Origin: Lentimicrobiaceae bacterium
GTDB lineage: Bacteria; Bacteroidota; Bacteroidia; Bacteroidales; JAAYJT01
Length of the DNA: 64,000 bases
NCBI GenBank assembly: GCA_037446395.1
Contig: JBBIIP010000004.1
Span: 17,625 to 81,624 of the forward strand
Direction of reading: 5' to 3'
Shown: positions 9,068 through 21,883 of the stretch, piece after piece
Position numbering within the stretch: the stretch's first letter is position 1
Layout of the letters: every line of letters starts with the position of its first letter
Made by a program: the position numbers and the translations under genes
The notes under the pieces: generated by a model
What the model was told of the DNA's origin: nothing
The model's input: the letters and a program-made list of their open reading frames with translations, nothing else
The model's database searches: none

Positions 9068-12000
9068 TTAGTCTGTCTTTGCTGCAAGAAGTCTTTCAAA
9101 TTCTTCCTTCGAGCCAACAATCAGGCTGTCATATTCGCGCAGGCCGGTGCCGGCAGGAATGAGGTGCCCAACAATTACATTCTCTTTCAAACCGATTAGC
9201 TCATCTCTTTTTGCATTCACACTGGCCGAAGTAAGCACTTTGGTGGTTTCCTGGAACGAGGCTGCCGAAATCCAGCTTTTGGTTTGCAGAGAGGCACGCG
9301 TGATTCCTTGCAGCACTTGGCGTGCAGTGGCAGGTTGGGCATCTCTGGCTTCGATTAGTGGCTTGTCCTTGCGTTTTAGCAGTGAATTTTCGTCGCGCAA
9401 TTTCCGGGCTGTCACAATCTGACCGTTTTTGAATACTGTTGAGCCCCCATGATCAATGATCACTTTTTTCCCAAATATCCAGTCGTTCTCTTCGTGGAAA
9501 TCAATTTTATTCGCCAATTCCCCTTCCAAAAATTTTGTGTCGCCCGGATCTTCAATTTCAACCTTGCGCATCATTTGGCGAACAATTACTTCAAAGTGTT
9601 TATCATTAATCTTAACACCCTGCAGGCGATAGACTTCCTGAACCTCATTTACAATATATTCCTGAACTTTCATTGGGCCTTTAATTGCCAATATATCGGA
9701 GGGGGTTATCGCTCCGTCAGAAAGAGGGGTTCCTGCCTTCACATAATCGTTTTCCTGGGCAAGAATCTGTTTTGTAGTGGCCACCAGATAACTTTTCTCT
9801 TCACCCGTTTTTGAGGTAATGATAATTTCGCGGTTCCCGCGTTTGAGTTTTTTGCTAAATGATACCACGCCGTCAATCTCAGATACAATCGCAGGATCGC
9901 TTGGGTTGCGGGCTTCAAACAATTCGGTCACCCTTGGTAAACCACCAGTGATATCGCCCATTTTCCCGACAGCCCTTGGAATTTTCACCAAAATGTCGCC
10001 TGCCTTGATTGGCTTGCCGTCATCAACCACGATGTGTGAACCAACGGGTATGTCATAAATTTTTATCAACTCATTTTCATCATTCAATATCCTGATTGAA
10101 GGGTTCTTGGATTTTTGGCGGGTTTCAATCACAACTTTGTCGTGATATCCGGTTTGTTCATCAGATTCAACTTTGTAGGTGATCCCTTCGATGATATTGT
10201 CAAAGTTGGTTTTACCTGCTATTTCGGATAGAATCACTGCATTGTATGGATCCCAATCAGCTACCAGGTCCCCTTTCTTGACTTTGCTTCCACTTCTGAA
10301 ATAGAGCTTGGCTCCATATGGAATGTGCGAAGAGGTAAGCACAATGTTAGTATTCGGGTCAACAATACGCATTTCTGCCGAACGTCCAATTACAATATCC
10401 TGATTTTTGCCATCTCCAGTCGCATATTCGACATAGCGTAGCTCATCTATTTCAACAATGCCTTCATATTTTGCTTCAATTTTTGATAGAATTGCGATAT
10501 TTGAAGCAGTACCTCCGACATGGAATGTTCGTAAGGTGAGCTGGGTGCCTGGTTCGCCAATTGATTGAGCTGCAATCACTCCCACTGCTTCACCTTTTTG
10601 CACCATGGTTCCGGTTGCCAGGCTACGGCCATAACATTTTGCACACACTCCCACTTTTGATTCGCAGGTGAGTACTGAACGAATTTCAACACTTTCGATC
10701 GGTGAATCCTCAATGACCCGACAGATACTTTCGACCAACTCCTGACCTGTTGCCGCAATTCGTTCACCAGTCTGGGGGTGATATATATTATGAAGAGAAA
10801 CCCTACCCAGAATACGGTCGAAAAGTGTTTCGACAACCTCTTCACTCTTTTTGAGCGAGGATATCATGAGTCCGCGTAATGTTCCGCAATCTTCTTCGGA
10901 TATGATTACATCCTGGGCCACATCAACCAATCTACGTGTCAGATAGCCGGCATCAGCAGTCTTAAGCGCCGTATCAGCCAACCCCTTTCGGGCACCATGG
11001 GTTGAAATAAAATATTCAAGAACCGATAGCCCTTCTTTAAAGTTAGAGAGGATTGGATTTTCGATAATTTCACCGCCCGAAGCGCCTGATTTCTGTGGCT
11101 TTGCCATCAAACCGCGCATTCCGGATAATTGCCTGATTTGCTCTTTCGAACCACGGGCTCCTGAATCAAGCATCATAAACACAGGATTAAAACCCTGGTT
11201 GTGTTTAGTCAACTTATCCATTAAGGTTGTTGTCAGACGAGAGTTGGTGTGAGTCCAGATATCAATAATCTGATTATAGCGCTCATTATCAGTAATAAAA
11301 CCATTATTGTAGTTGAACCATACCTCTGAAACTTCTTCATTGGCTTCATTTATATACTCATGTTTGATTTCAGGAATAATAACATCGTTGAGGTTAAATG
11401 AGAGTCCACCTTTAAATGCCATTGTGAAACCAAGGTTCTTTATATCGTCGAGAAACCTGGCGGTTTTTGCGGTACTGGTCTTTTTGAGTACATCGCCGAT
11501 AATATCGCGCAGTGCTTTTTTGGTGAGCAGTTGATTGATATAGCCATACTCTTTTGGTACAACCTGGTTAAAGAGCACTCGGCCGACCGTTGTTTCGATG
11601 ATGCCTTTAGGGCCGGTTCCCTGGTTATTTGCCTCAATTCTCACCTTAATATAGGCATGCAAATCAACCATCTGCTCATTGAATGCAATGATTACCTCTT
11701 CGGGAGAATAGAAAATCCTGCCTTCTCCTTTTACTATATTGCCAGGCTCGCTTCTCCTGCCCTTGGTCATGTAATATAAACCAAGAACCATGTCCTGTGA
11801 AGGAACAGTGATGGGGGCACCGTTGGCTGGATTTAGAATATTATGAGAACCCAGCATCAATAATTGTGCTTCGACGATGGCTGCATTCCCTAATGGAACA
11901 TGAACCGCCATCTGGTCGCCATCGAAGTCGGCATTGAAAGCAGTGCAAACCAGCGGATGTAGCTGAATGGCCTTTCCTTCAATGAGTTTTGGTTGAAACG

Positions 12001-13348
12001 CCTGAATACCAAGCCTATGGAGTGTTGGTGCACGATTAAGCAAAACCGGATGCCCTTTTAGTACATTTTCGAGTATATCCCAAACAACAGCGTCTTTGCG
12101 ATCAACAATTTTCTTGGCTGACTTAACAGTTTTCACAATGCCTCTTTCAAGGAGCTTCCTGATAATAAACGGCTTATAAAGTTCTGAGGCCATTTCTTTG
12201 GGTAATCCGCATTCATGCAGCTGAAGATCTGGCCCGACAACGATCACCGAACGCCCTGAGTAGTCAACGCGTTTACCTAATAAATTCTGACGAAATCGCC
12301 CTTGTTTTCCTTTAAGGCTATCGCTCAATGATTTGAGCGCACGATTTGATTCTGTTTTAACCGAACTTGCTTTTCTTGAATTATCGAACAATGAATCAAC
12401 GGCTTCCTGAAGCATGCGCTTTTCATTTCGCATAATTACATCCGGTGCTTTTATTTCGATCAGCCTTTTGAGGCGGTTGTTGCGGATGATTACCCTTCGA
12501 TAAAGGTCGTTCAGATCGCTTGTGGCAAATCGTCCACCATCGAGGGGCACCAGGGGGCGCAATTCAGGTGGAATTACCGGAACTACTTTCACCACCATCC
12601 ATTCAGGGCGGTTATCTAATCGCCTCTGCCCATCTCGAAAAGCTTCGAATACCTGCAGCCTTTTGAGTATTTCTTGTTTGCGTTGCTGCGAGGTTTCTTT
12701 GTTTGCCCGATCTCTGAGCTCAAAAGATTCCTTGTCGAGATCGAGCCTTGCCAATAAATCATGAAGTGCCTCGGCACCCATTTTCGCGATAAACTTGTCA
12801 GGGTCGGTATCGTCGAGATATTGGTTTTCTTTCGGAAGGGCATCAATTGCATCAAAGTATTCTTCTTCTGAAAGAAAGTCGAGATATTGCAAACCATCAC
12901 GTTTCTTTATCCCGGGATTAATTACTACATACTTTTCATAGTATATGATGCTCTCTAGCCTCTTTGTAGTGATGCCGAGCAGGGCTCCTATTTTATTTGG
13001 CAAAGACCTGAAAAACCAAATGTGCGCAACGGGAACAACAAGTTGAATGTGCCCCATGCGTTCGCGGCGCACCTTCTTTTCTGTAACCTCAACCCCGCAT
13101 CGATCGCATACGATTCCCTTGTATCTAATTCGTTTGTACTTACCGCAATGACATTCCCAGTCCTTTACAGGGCCAAAAATACGCTCACAGAATAAGCCGT
13201 CTCGTTCGGGCTTGTAGGTTCTGTAATTAATTGTTTCGGGTTTAAGCACCTCGCCACTCGAATTTTCGAGTATCTTTTCGGGCGAGGCCAGGCTGATGGT
13301 AATGGTCGAAAAATTACTTCCGATGGAATTCTCTTTTCTAAAAGCCAT
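9068..13348 (-). CDS. rpoC: DNA-directed RNA polymerase subunit beta'
   Basis: 1426 aa. It has the zinc-binding [20 protein letters not shown], the catalytic [12 protein letters not shown] motif, and the bridge-helix and trigger-loop regions. Confidence 0.99.
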   Translation of the reverse strand: MAFRKENSIGSNFSTITISLASPEKILENSSGEVLKPETINYRTYKPERDGLFCERIFGPVKDWECHCGKYKRIRYKGIVCDRCGVEVTEKKVRRERMGHIQLVVPVAHIWFFRSLPNKIGALLGITTKRLESIIYYEKYVVINPGIKKRDGLQYLDFLSEEEYFDAIDALPKENQYLDDTDPDKFIAKMGAEALHDLLARLDLDKESFELRDRANKETSQQRKQEILKRLQVFEAFRDGQRRLDNRPEWMVVKVVPVIPPELRPLVPLDGGRFATSDLNDLYRRVIIRNNRLKRLIEIKAPDVIMRNEKRMLQEAVDSLFDNSRKASSVKTESNRALKSLSDSLKGKQGRFRQNLLGKRVDYSGRSVIVVGPDLQLHECGLPKEMASELYKPFIIRKLLERGIVKTVKSAKKIVDRKDAVVWDILENVLKGHPVLLNRAPTLHRLGIQAFQPKLIEGKAIQLHPLVCTAFNADFDGDQMAVHVPLGNAAIVEAQLLMLGSHNILNPANGAPITVPSQDMVLGLYYMTKGRRSEPGNIVKGEGRIFYSPEEVIIAFNEQMVDLHAYIKVRIEANNQGTGPKGIIETTVGRVLFNQVVPKEYGYINQLLTKKALRDIIGDVLKKTSTAKTARFLDDIKNLGFTMAFKGGLSFNLNDVIIPEIKHEYINEANEEVSEVWFNYNNGFITDNERYNQIIDIWTHTNSRLTTTLMDKLTKHNQGFNPVFMMLDSGARGSKEQIRQLSGMRGLMAKPQKSGASGGEIIENPILSNFKEGLSVLEYFISTHGARKGLADTALKTADAGYLTRRLVDVAQDVIISEEDCGTLRGLMISSLKKSEEVVETLFDRILGRVSLHNIYHPQTGERIAATGQELVESICRVIEDSPIESVEIRSVLTCESKVGVCAKCYGRSLATGTMVQKGEAVGVIAAQSIGEPGTQLTLRTFHVGGTASNIAILSKIEAKYEGIVEIDELRYVEYATGDGKNQDIVIGRSAEMRIVDPNTNIVLTSSHIPYGAKLYFRSGSKVKKGDLVADWDPYNAVILSEIAGKTNFDNIIEGITYKVESDEQTGYHDKVVIETRQKSKNPSIRILNDENELIKIYDIPVGSHIVVDDGKPIKAGDILVKIPRAVGKMGDITGGLPRVTELFEARNPSDPAIVSEIDGVVSFSKKLKRGNREIIITSKTGEEKSYLVATTKQILAQENDYVKAGTPLSDGAITPSDILAIKGPMKVQEYIVNEVQEVYRLQGVKINDKHFEVIVRQMMRKVEIEDPGDTKFLEGELANKIDFHEENDWIFGKKVIIDHGGSTVFKNGQIVTARKLRDENSLLKRKDKPLIEARDAQPATARQVLQGITRASLQTKSWISAASFQETTKVLTSASVNAKRDELIGLKENVIVGHLIPAGTGLREYDSLIVGSKEEFERLLAAKTD

Positions 13349-13415
13349 TTCAGAATGGATAATTTTATGATAAATAGATTCCTAATTCAATTATTTTATG
13401 AAAACAGCAACGGGC

Positions 13416-16400
13416 TTAGTCGAATGTAACATTCAAACATAAACCTTTGAGTTCGTGAACAAGAACATTGAACGATTCCGGGATACCAGGTATTGGCATA
13501 TTCTGGCCTTTAACAATCGTTTCATATGCTTTGGCTCGTCCAACAACATCGTCCGACTTAACAGTAAGAACTTCTTGCAGGATATTTGCAGCACCGAAAG
13601 CTTCGAGCGCCCATACTTCCATTTCGCCAAAGCGCTGGCCTCCAAATTGCGCTTTCCCGCCAAGAGGTTGCTGTGTGATAAGTGAGTACGGCCCTATTGA
13701 GCGAGCATGCATTTTATCGTCAACCATATGATGTAATTTCATCATATAGATAAATCCGACAGTGGCTGGTTGATCAAAACGCTGACCGGTGCCTCCGTCG
13801 TAAAGATAGACTTGTCCGTTAGCGGGTAGTCCGGCTTGGTCAAGATAGTCGTTAATCTGGTCAATATTAGCACCATCAAAGATGGGTGATGAAAACTGGA
13901 TTCCCAGTTTATGACCTGCCCATCCAAGAATCGTCTCATAGATCTGGCCAAGGTTCATACGAGAGGGCACGCCCAATGGATTCAGGACAATGTCAACTGG
14001 TGTTCCATCACTCAGAAACGGCATGTCTTCATCGCGTACTATTTTGGCAACGATGCCTTTGTTTCCGTGGCGGCCTGCCATTTTATCGCCTACGGTAATT
14101 TTGCGTTTCTTGGCAACATATACCTTAGCCATTTGAACAATTCCGTTTGGCAACTCGTCTCCAACGGTATTTACAAACTTCTTTCGATTATAGACCCCAA
14201 GGATTTCTTTAAACTTAATGGTGTAATTGTTAATGAGATCCTTTATCAGGTCGTTCTTTTCTTTATCTGTCGTCCACCTGCTAGGGTTAATATTCAAATA
14301 ATCAATCCCCATGAGCAGTTTATGTGTGAACTTGGTTTTGCGGGAAATAATTTCTTCTTTGAAGTTGTTATATACCCCCTGCGAGGTTTTTCCATTAAGC
14401 AACACAGTAAGTTTGTCAACCAATTTGGTTTTAAGCTCAATGGATTGTCTTTGGTAATCTTCGTCGAGTGACTTAACAATATCCTTTTCTTTTGCCTTGA
14501 GCTTTTTGTCTTTAGGTACCCGTGAGAAGAGTTTTTTATCAATCACAACTCCATTCATTGATGGAGGTGCTTTAAGCGATGCATCTTTTACGTCCCCTGC
14601 TTTATCGCCGAAGATAGCGCGTAACAATTTTTCTTCTGGTGTGGGGTCGCTTTCTCCTTTTGGAGTAATCTTACCGATCAGAATATCGCCTTCTTTTACT
14701 TCAGCACCGATCCGTATCAAACCATTTTCGTCCAAATCTTTGGTCGCCTCGGCACTAACATTTGGAATGTCGTTTGTAAGTTCCTCAATCCCACGCTTGG
14801 TATCGCGTACTTCCAAAACAAATTCCTCAATATGAAGCGAAGTAAAGATATCTTCGCGTACAACCTTTTCGGAAATGACGATTGCATCTTCAAAATTATA
14901 TCCCTTCCAAGGCATGAAGGCAACCATCAGGTTTCGTCCAAGGGCTAGTGAACCCTGTCGGGTTCCGTATCCTTCGCAAAGAACCTGGTCTTTTACAACT
15001 TTTTCACCTCTTCTGACAAGTGGCCTTAAGTTTACGCTGGTATTCTGATTGGTTCTTGAAAATTTGATGAGATTGTATTCTTTAAGATCGTCATCAAAGC
15101 TTACCAGTCGTTCGTTTTCATTTCTGGTATAGCGAACCACAATGGTAGTCGAGTCAACAGACTCGACAATACCGTTTCCTTCGGCATGGATGAGAACCCT
15201 GCTATCTCGGGCAACTGCTTCTTCGAGTCCTGTTCCAACAATCGGCATTTCGGGTTTGAGCAGAGGTACAGCCTGGCGCATCATGTTCGATCCCATCAAT
15301 GCGCGATTCGCATCGTCGTGCTCGAGAAATGGGATGAGGGAAGCGGCTATTGATGCAATCTGGTTAGGAGCTACATCAATCATATCTATTTTTTCCCTGC
15401 TTTCGATCGGATAATCGGCAAAATGTCTTGCTTTAACTTTTTCGGCAAGAATCAACCCATCCGATGTAAGCGGTGTGTTTGCCTGAGCGATAATATTGCT
15501 TTCTTCTTCCTCGGCACTCAGATAGGTAAACGGTTGATTGATCAGAACTTTACCATTTACAACCTTTTGATAAGGCGTTTCAATAAATCCCATCCTATCA
15601 ATCTTTGCATAAACGCAGAGAGAGGAGATAAGTCCAATATTGGGACCTTCGGGAGTTTCGATGGTGCAAAGTCTTCCGTAGTGGGTATAATGAACGTCGC
15701 GGACTTCAAAACCTGCACGCTCGCGCGACAGCCCCCCCGGGCCGAGAGCTGAAATTCTTCTTTTGTGGGTCAACTCAGCAAGAGGATTGGTTTGATCCAT
15801 GAACTGCGAGAGTTGGTTCGTTCCAAAAAACGAATTGATTACCGAAGAGAGTGTTTTCGCATTGATGAGGTCGGTTGGTGAAAAGACCTCATTGTCGCGC
15901 ACATTCATTCTTTCGCGAATGGTACGTGCCATGCGGGCAAGGCCAACACCAAACTGGTTATAGAGTTGCTCGCCCACGGTGCGAACCCGGCGATTGCTCA
16001 GGTGATCAATATCATCAACTTCTGTTCGTGAATTGATGAGCCCAATCAGGTATCGTATGATTGAGATCATGTCTTCTTTTGTAAGTACACGTGTATCAGA
16101 AGGTATACTCAGGTTGAGTTTCTTGTTGATTCTGTATCGGCCAACTTCGCCCAGGTCATATCTTTTGTCGGAGAAGAATAATTTGTCAATTATGCCGCGT
16201 GCGGTTTCTTCGTCAGGTGGTTCGGCATTGCGCAAAAGACGGTAGATAAATTCAACTGCTTCTTTTTCTGAATTGGCTGTATCTTTCTGTAAGGTATTGA
16301 ATATCACAGCATAATCTTGAATATTCGCACCTTCTTTGTGAATCAGGATTGTTTTTGTGCCGGCATCAAGAATGGCATCAATGTGATGATTTTCAATGAC

Positions 16401-17222
16401 AGTTTCGCGATCAATGATCACCTCATTCCGCTCGATCGAAACTACCTCGCCGGTGTCTTCATCAACGAAATCTTCAATCCACGACTTCAACACTCTTGCG
16501 GCAAGGCGGCTGCCAGCGACCTTTTTAAGATTGGCCTTGCTCACTTTGATTTCTTCAGCCAAATCAAAAATTTCGAGTATGTCTTTATCGCTTTCATATC
16601 CGATAGCACGAAGTAAAGTAGTTACCGGTAATTTCTTTTTACGATCAATATATGCATACATGACATTATTGATATCGGTCGTAAATTCCATCCAGGATCC
16701 TTTAAAAGGAATGATGCGGGCTGAATATAGCTGCTGTCCATTGGTATGAAATGATGTTCCGAAAAACACTCCTGGTGAGCGATGCAATTGTGAAACAACA
16801 ACCCGCTCAGCCCCATTGATGATAAATGTGCCCCTGGGAGTCATGTATGGAATCATGCCAAGATAAACATCTTGCACAATGGTTTCAAAATCTTCGTGTT
16901 CAGCGTCAGTGCAGAAAAGCCTTAGTTTTGCTTTCAGCGGTACGCTGTAGGTGAGCCCTCGTTCGATACATTCATCAATCGAATATCGTGGTGGATCTAT
17001 GAAATAGTCCAAAAATTCAAGGACAAAATTGTTTCGTGCATCACTGATCGGGAAATTTTCAGAAAAAACCTTGAATAAGCCTTCGTTCATCCGATTTTCA
17101 GGATTGGTTTCCAATTGGAAAAAATCCTGAAACGCCTTGATTTGAATTTCAAGAAAATCCGGATACTCGGCCTTGATCTGTGCAGATGCGAAATTAACTT
17201 TTTTAAGTTTTTCTATTGCCAA
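13416..17222 (-). CDS. rpoB: DNA-directed RNA polymerase subunit beta (start trimmed from the ORF-track 17330 to the in-frame TTG at 17222)
   Basis: Unmistakable RpoB sequence (…[17 protein letters not shown]…, …[14 protein letters not shown]…). The N-terminal region contains no ATG, and the track start 17330 is itself a TTG lying inside a 40-nt hairpin. TTG 17222 gives [13 protein letters not shown]… and 1268 aa, matching the usual ~1270-aa Bacteroidota RpoB, which has only ~8-9 residues before the VNFAS motif. Confidence 0.97.
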   Translation of the reverse strand: MAIEKLKKVNFASAQIKAEYPDFLEIQIKAFQDFFQLETNPENRMNEGLFKVFSENFPISDARNNFVLEFLDYFIDPPRYSIDECIERGLTYSVPLKAKLRLFCTDAEHEDFETIVQDVYLGMIPYMTPRGTFIINGAERVVVSQLHRSPGVFFGTSFHTNGQQLYSARIIPFKGSWMEFTTDINNVMYAYIDRKKKLPVTTLLRAIGYESDKDILEIFDLAEEIKVSKANLKKVAGSRLAARVLKSWIEDFVDEDTGEVVSIERNEVIIDRETVIENHHIDAILDAGTKTILIHKEGANIQDYAVIFNTLQKDTANSEKEAVEFIYRLLRNAEPPDEETARGIIDKLFFSDKRYDLGEVGRYRINKKLNLSIPSDTRVLTKEDMISIIRYLIGLINSRTEVDDIDHLSNRRVRTVGEQLYNQFGVGLARMARTIRERMNVRDNEVFSPTDLINAKTLSSVINSFFGTNQLSQFMDQTNPLAELTHKRRISALGPGGLSRERAGFEVRDVHYTHYGRLCTIETPEGPNIGLISSLCVYAKIDRMGFIETPYQKVVNGKVLINQPFTYLSAEEEESNIIAQANTPLTSDGLILAEKVKARHFADYPIESREKIDMIDVAPNQIASIAASLIPFLEHDDANRALMGSNMMRQAVPLLKPEMPIVGTGLEEAVARDSRVLIHAEGNGIVESVDSTTIVVRYTRNENERLVSFDDDLKEYNLIKFSRTNQNTSVNLRPLVRRGEKVVKDQVLCEGYGTRQGSLALGRNLMVAFMPWKGYNFEDAIVISEKVVREDIFTSLHIEEFVLEVRDTKRGIEELTNDIPNVSAEATKDLDENGLIRIGAEVKEGDILIGKITPKGESDPTPEEKLLRAIFGDKAGDVKDASLKAPPSMNGVVIDKKLFSRVPKDKKLKAKEKDIVKSLDEDYQRQSIELKTKLVDKLTVLLNGKTSQGVYNNFKEEIISRKTKFTHKLLMGIDYLNINPSRWTTDKEKNDLIKDLINNYTIKFKEILGVYNRKKFVNTVGDELPNGIVQMAKVYVAKKRKITVGDKMAGRHGNKGIVAKIVRDEDMPFLSDGTPVDIVLNPLGVPSRMNLGQIYETILGWAGHKLGIQFSSPIFDGANIDQINDYLDQAGLPANGQVYLYDGGTGQRFDQPATVGFIYMMKLHHMVDDKMHARSIGPYSLITQQPLGGKAQFGGQRFGEMEVWALEAFGAANILQEVLTVKSDDVVGRAKAYETIVKGQNMPIPGIPESFNVLVHELKGLCLNVTFD

Positions 17223-17287
17223 GGTGAGAGAGTTTAATGGTTTGCAGAAAGATGCTTGGTGGGGCAAATAAGGAACGGGAAAGTTCA

Positions 17288-17327
17288 AAACAGACCACTC
17301 AGCCGTTAAAGCTGAAATGGTCTGTTT
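17288..17327 (-). terminator. rplL-rpoB intergenic attenuator-type hairpin
   Basis: The reverse strand reads AAACAGACCA-TT-TCAGC-TTTAACG-GCTGA-G-TGGTCTGTTT, then TGAAC. That is a 10-bp perfect outer stem plus a 5-bp inner stem. Its position matches the classical rplL-rpoB attenuator and processing site. Confidence 0.6.
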
Positions 17328-17342
17328 CAATAAAGGGTCGCA

Positions 17343-17720
17343 TTACTTGAGTTCAACCTCGGCTCCAGCTTCTTCAAGCTGTTTTTTGAGCGCTTCGGCT
17401 TCATCCTTGGTAATGCCTTCTTTGATTGCCTTTGGGGCTGCATCAACCAATTCTTTGGCTTCTTTCAGTCCAAGGCTGGTGAGTTCTTTTACCAATTTCA
17501 CAACTGCCAGTTTAGCGGCGCCTGCACTTTTGAGTATCACATCAAAAGCAGTTTGTTCTTCAACAACCGGGGCTGCTTCAGCAGCGCCACCGGCAACCAT
17601 AACAGGAGCAGCGGCGGCTGGTTCAATTCCATATTCTTCTTTCAGAATCTTTGCTAATTCATTGACTTCTTTTACTGTCAAATTAACGAGCTGTTCTGCA
17701 AAAGCTTTTAAGTCTGCCAT
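17343..17720 (-). CDS. rplL: 50S ribosomal protein L7/L12
   Basis: 125 aa. It has an Ala-rich hinge and the C-terminal domain …[41 protein letters not shown]. Confidence 0.99.
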   Translation of the reverse strand: MADLKAFAEQLVNLTVKEVNELAKILKEEYGIEPAAAAPVMVAGGAAEAAPVVEEQTAFDVILKSAGAAKLAVVKLVKELTSLGLKEAKELVDAAPKAIKEGITKDEAEALKKQLEEAGAEVELK

Positions 17721-17808
17721 TTTAATAAAATATTTAAGTGTTTAATTTGAGTTTACCTTTTGTTGTTTTGCGAGTAACCTAATACTTGCATGGAATACTG
17801 ATAATAGA

Positions 17809-18336
17809 TCAGTTGACATTTTCTTTTTCTGATAATGTTTTAAGGATACCTGCAAGTTTTCCGCCGCTTGATTGCAAGGCCGATATGACATTGCGGGCAG
17901 GTGATTGCAGTAAGGAAATAAGATCACCGACGAGTTCATTTTTCGATTTGAGGTTCACTAGGAAAGGCAACTGGTCATCTCCCAGAAATGCCATATCCTG
18001 CACAAATGCTCCTTTTAGAATTGGTTTCGGATTTGTTTTCCGAAATTCCTGAATGAGTTTGGCTGGATCATTTGCTATTTCTGCGATCATGATAGATGTT
18101 GGCCCATTCAGAATCGGAAATAACGATGAATAATCCTTTCCGCTTTTCTCAAAGGCTTTCCTTAGTAAAGTGTTTTTCACAACAACCAGCTTGATGTCAC
18201 GCTTGTAGCAAAGGCGGCGCAGTTGGTTTGTTTTTTCTACATTCAAATTCGATATATCGGTGATATACAAGCAATTGAGATCTTTGACTTGCTTGGTTAG
18301 GTCTTCGATTAGTTGGGTCTTTTCTTCTTTTTTCAT
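17809..18336 (-). CDS. rplJ: 50S ribosomal protein L10
   Basis: 175 aa, lying between rplA and rplL. It shows the typical L10 sequence pattern. Confidence 0.97.
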   Translation of the reverse strand: MKKEEKTQLIEDLTKQVKDLNCLYITDISNLNVEKTNQLRRLCYKRDIKLVVVKNTLLRKAFEKSGKDYSSLFPILNGPTSIMIAEIANDPAKLIQEFRKTNPKPILKGAFVQDMAFLGDDQLPFLVNLKSKNELVGDLISLLQSPARNVISALQSSGGKLAGILKTLSEKENVN

Positions 18337-18422
18337 AACTCCGTCCGTTTATACTCCTGTGATTTAACCGGTTTAGTGCCCGAGAATCTGAGATCAGATT
18401 TGACGCATCAACCGCAAAACAA

Positions 18423-19118
18423 TTAAAGGCCAATGGATTTGGGGTCAATATGAATGCCAGGGCTCATGGTACTCGACAGGAAAATGCTTTTCATGTATGT
18501 ACCTTTGGCGGCTGTTGGTTTCAGTTTGGTTATTGTTTGTAACAATTCCCGTGCATTTTCAACAATGTGTTCGGGTGCGAAAGAAATTTTACCAATGCCG
18601 GCATGTATGATTCCATATTTATCAACCTTGAAATCAATTTTACCTGCTTTCACTTCTTTCACTGCTTTTCCGACATCCATCGTAACAGTTCCGGCTTTTG
18701 GATTGGGCATCAACCCGCGAGGTCCGAGAATCTTACCCAGTGCCCCAATTTTTGGCATTACGGTTGGCATGGTAATAATCACATCAACCTCAGTCCATCC
18801 ATTTTTGATTTGTTGGATAAAGTCATCAAGACCCACGTAATCAGCACCTGCTTCTTTGGCCTCATCTTCCTTATCAGGAGTACATAGAACCAACACTTTG
18901 ATTGTTTTGCCTGTTCCATGCGGCAGGGTGACAATACCTCTCACCATTTGATTGGCTTTCCGGGGATCGACACCGAGGCGCACATCGAGGTCAACAGAAG
19001 CATCAAAACTGGTGTAGGTTATTTCCTTCACAAGTTTAGCTGCATCGGTTAATGCAAAAAGTGCGTTCTTATCAAATTTAGCCAGTGCATCTTTTCTTTT
19101 TTTTGTTAGTGTAGCCAT
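18423..19118 (-). CDS. rplA: 50S ribosomal protein L1
   Basis: 231 aa; …[19 protein letters not shown]… and …[16 protein letters not shown]… are L1 signatures. Confidence 0.99.
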   Translation of the reverse strand: MATLTKKRKDALAKFDKNALFALTDAAKLVKEITYTSFDASVDLDVRLGVDPRKANQMVRGIVTLPHGTGKTIKVLVLCTPDKEDEAKEAGADYVGLDDFIQQIKNGWTEVDVIITMPTVMPKIGALGKILGPRGLMPNPKAGTVTMDVGKAVKEVKAGKIDFKVDKYGIIHAGIGKISFAPEHIVENARELLQTITKLKPTAAKGTYMKSIFLSSTMSPGIHIDPKSIGL

Positions 19119-19172
19119 TGATATTTTCCTTTTAGATTTTAAGGAGGTGTGTTTACAGTCTCTCCTTTGATG

Positions 19173-19619
19173 TTAATTGTCACCAAAAGGCGCTTTACCT
19201 TTGATTGTTATGCCCATACTACGGGCGGTTCCGGCAACCACCTGCATAGCTGCTTCGATTGTGAAAGCATTGAGGTCGGGCATTTTTGCCTCCGCAATCG
19301 CTTGAACTTGCTCCCATGTGACGGATGCAACTTTTACGCGGTTTGGCTCGGCTGAACCCTTTTTGACCTTTGCAGCTTCCAATAACTGAACAGCAACAGG
19401 TGGGGTCTTGACGATAAAGGTGAATGATTTGTCTTTAAAAACAGTAATGATTACCGGAATAAGTTTTCCGGCCGAATTTTGGGTCCGGGCATTAAACTGT
19501 TTACAGAACTCCATGATATTCACACCTTTCGAACCCAAAGCTGGCCCTACTGGTGGAGAGGGATTAGCCGCTCCGCCCTTAATCTGCAACTTTATTATTC
19601 CAGCTACTTCTTTTGCCAT
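19173..19619 (-). CDS. rplK: 50S ribosomal protein L11
   Basis: 148 aa; [35 protein letters not shown] is the L11 N-terminal signature. Confidence 0.99.
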   Translation of the reverse strand: MAKEVAGIIKLQIKGGAANPSPPVGPALGSKGVNIMEFCKQFNARTQNSAGKLIPVIITVFKDKSFTFIVKTPPVAVQLLEAAKVKKGSAEPNRVKVASVTWEQVQAIAEAKMPDLNAFTIEAAMQVVAGTARSMGITIKGKAPFGDN

Positions 19620-19684
19620 GTTAATTAGCTAATAGGTGATTAATTATAAAAATAAACTATCCCAGTTGTGGGGTTGAATTGATA

Positions 19685-20227
19685 CTATTCCTTTTCAACT
19701 TGCATGAAACTTAACTCCAGGGGAGTTTTTCTACCGAAGATTTTCACCATCACTTTCAATCTCTTTTTCTCCTCGTTTATTTCTTCTATCACTCCGCTGA
19801 AGCTGTTGAATGGTCCATCAATCACAGTCACGGTTTCTCCGATAATGAATGGTACATTGAGTTCTTCGCCCTTGTCTGACATTTCGTCCACCTTACCAAG
19901 AATGCGGTTAACCTCGCTCAGTCGCATGGGTTGCGGCATGTCTTTTGATCCAAGAAATCCGAGTACTCCCGGAACATTTCGGATGGTATGGGGAACTTCG
20001 CCGGTCAGCACTGCTTCGACCAACACATATCCAGGAAAGAAATTACGTTCTTTACTAACTTTCTTGCCCTTCCTGATCTGGTAAACCTTCTCGGTAGGGA
20101 TTAGAATTTGTGAAACGTAATCCTGCAATCCCAGTCGGTTCACTTCTGACTCAATGTAGTGCTTCACTTTCTTTTCATTTCCTGTAATGGTGCGCAAAAC
20201 GTACCATTTTTTGACCTGATCGCTCAT
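19685..20227 (-). CDS. nusG: Transcription termination/antitermination factor NusG
   Basis: 180 aa. It has the NGN domain (KWYVLRTITGNEKKV) and a KOW motif (GETVTVIDGPFNSFSGVIEEI). Confidence 0.98.
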   Translation of the reverse strand: MSDQVKKWYVLRTITGNEKKVKHYIESEVNRLGLQDYVSQILIPTEKVYQIRKGKKVSKERNFFPGYVLVEAVLTGEVPHTIRNVPGVLGFLGSKDMPQPMRLSEVNRILGKVDEMSDKGEELNVPFIIGETVTVIDGPFNSFSGVIEEINEEKKRLKVMVKIFGRKTPLELSFMQVEKE

Positions 20228-20290
20228 GTTAATTGATGAAATTGAAAAGAATTAATATCACGATATAATAGATGTTCAGCAACGCCTTCA

Positions 20291-20488
20291 TCAAACAAGC
20301 TTGTAAAATTGTTCCAAGATTGTTTGAAATGATTTATCCATCAGATAAACGACTATAGCGATTATCAGGGAAGCAACGGATACAACCAGGGCGCTGCTTT
20401 GCAGCTCACTCCAAGTAGGCCATGATACTTTATGCATCAGCTCATCGTAACTTTCGCTGATGTATTCTTTTATTTTAAGTTTTGCCAT
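20291..20488 (-). CDS. secE: Preprotein translocase subunit SecE (start trimmed from 20506 to ATG 20488)
   Basis: A single C-terminal TM helix (ALVVSVASLIIAIVVYLMD) and a position between tRNA-Trp and nusG. The track start 20506 would overlap the tRNA-Trp acceptor stem. MAKLKIKEY… from 20488 does not overlap it. Confidence 0.85.
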   Translation of the reverse strand: MAKLKIKEYISESYDELMHKVSWPTWSELQSSALVVSVASLIIAIVVYLMDKSFQTILEQFYKLV

Positions 20489-20503
20489 AATTAAGCATTT
20501 TTG

Positions 20504-20576
20504 CACGGGTGGAGAGACTCGAACTCCCAGCCAACGGTTTTGGAGACCGCTACTCTACCAATTGAGCTACACCCGT
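20504..20576 (-). tRNA. tRNA-Trp (anticodon CCA)
   Basis: Folded by hand into a 73-nt cloverleaf: ACGGGTG-TA-GCTC-AATTGGTA-GAGT-A-GCGGT-CTCCAAA-ACCGT-TGGCT-GGGAG-TTCGAGT-CTCTC-CACCCGT-G. It has an A1:U72 pair and a G73 discriminator, as in bacterial tRNA-Trp. Confidence 0.95.
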
Positions 20577-20608
20577 ATACCTCAAACTGATGAAATTAGT
20601 TTGTTAAA

Positions 20609-20638
20609 CAGGAGTGCCCTCCGAAGAGGGTGATCCTG
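20609..20638 (-). terminator. Two-tier hairpin with a UUCG tetraloop just downstream of tuf
   Basis: The reverse strand reads CAGGA-TCA-CCCTC-TTCG-GAGGG-CAC-TCCTG, followed by TTTAAC. It starts 8 nt after the tuf stop and ends 33 nt before tRNA-Trp. Confidence 0.55.
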
Positions 20639-20645
20639 CTATTTT

Positions 20646-21833
20646 TTAGTCAAGAATTTCAGTAACCTGGCCTGCACCTACAGTTCGTCCACCTTCGCGG
20701 ATGGCAAAACGCAGGTTTAGGTTTAATGCAATTTCGTGGATAAGATGAACGGTAATCGTGAGGTTATCGCCTGGCATAATCATTTCAACGCCTTCGGGCA
20801 GGATAATTTCACCGGTAACGTCAGTTGTTCTGAAATAGAACTGGGGGCGATATCTGTTGTGGAAAGGAGTATGGCGTCCGCCTTCTTCTTTCTTAAGAAT
20901 ATAAACCTGTGCCTTAAACTGTTTGTGGGGTTTAATGGAGCCTGGTTTAGCAACTACCATGCCACGACGAATGGCATCCTTGTCAATTCCACGAAGCAAT
21001 AGACCAGCGTTATCGCCAGCTTCGCCAGTATCAAGCAGTTTGCGGAACATTTCAACTCCCGTAACAACTGACTTCAATTTTTCTGCACCGAGCCCGATGA
21101 TTTCAACTGCTTCACCAACTTTTATTACACCAGTTTCGATTCTGCCGGTGGCCACAGTGCCACGTCCGGTGATCGAGAACACGTCTTCGACGGGCATCAG
21201 GAAATCCTTATCGCGATCGCGAACAGGCAGCGGAATGTACTCGTCCACAGCTTTCATGAGTTCGATGATCTTTTCAACCCAAACGGGTTCTTTATTCAGG
21301 CCACCCAGGGCAGATCCGCGAATAACCGGAGCGTTGTCGCCGTCGAAGCCATAGAAGTTGAGCAGGTCGCGCACTTCCATTTCGACCAGTTCGAGTAGTT
21401 CCTCGTCGTCAACCAGGTCAACTTTATTCATAAAAACAACCAAACGGGGAACACCTACCTGGCGTGCCAGCAGGATATGTTCGCGTGTTTGAGGCATAGG
21501 ACCATCGGTTGCAGCAACAACCAAAATAGCACCATCCATCTGGGCAGCGCCGGTAACCATATTCTTGATATAGTCGGCATGGCCTGGGCAATCAACGTGA
21601 GCGTAATGCCTGTTTTCGGTTTGATACTCAACGTGAGCTGTATTGATGGTGATACCCCTTTCTTTTTCTTCAGGTGCATTGTCGATCGAATCGAAGGACC
21701 TGTATTCCGAAAGACCCTTCTCTGCAAGAATCAGTGTGATTGCTGCCGTAAGGGTAGTTTTACCATGGTCAATGTGGCCAATTGTGCCAACGTTGACGTG
21801 GGGTTTTGAACGTGAGAATTTTTCTTTTGCCAT
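20646..21833 (-). CDS. tuf: Elongation factor Tu
   Basis: 395 aa. GTPase motifs [13 protein letters not shown] and NKVD are present, and the rest is unmistakably EF-Tu. Confidence 0.99.
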   Translation of the reverse strand: MAKEKFSRSKPHVNVGTIGHIDHGKTTLTAAITLILAEKGLSEYRSFDSIDNAPEEKERGITINTAHVEYQTENRHYAHVDCPGHADYIKNMVTGAAQMDGAILVVAATDGPMPQTREHILLARQVGVPRLVVFMNKVDLVDDEELLELVEMEVRDLLNFYGFDGDNAPVIRGSALGGLNKEPVWVEKIIELMKAVDEYIPLPVRDRDKDFLMPVEDVFSITGRGTVATGRIETGVIKVGEAVEIIGLGAEKLKSVVTGVEMFRKLLDTGEAGDNAGLLLRGIDKDAIRRGMVVAKPGSIKPHKQFKAQVYILKKEEGGRHTPFHNRYRPQFYFRTTDVTGEIILPEGVEMIMPGDNLTITVHLIHEIALNLNLRFAIREGGRTVGAGQVTEILD

Positions 21834-21883
21834 ATCGAATGAAAATTACAATTTAAAAAATGATGTTTTGTTATTCAACCTCG

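Noticed and set aside
13911-14471. 186-aa ORF on the plus strand, antisense to rpoB, plus similar antisense ORFs inside rpoC, the HTCS gene (32954..33517) and rplL (17317..17745, Ala/Ser-rich)
   Set aside because: Each lies entirely inside a very well supported gene on the other strand. They have no recognisable motifs and their composition mirrors the sense gene. Long antisense frames are expected by chance opposite highly constrained genes.
20489-20506. Six-codon extension of secE (MQKCLI)
   Set aside because: It would overlap the acceptor stem of tRNA-Trp (20504..20576). ATG 20488 avoids the overlap.
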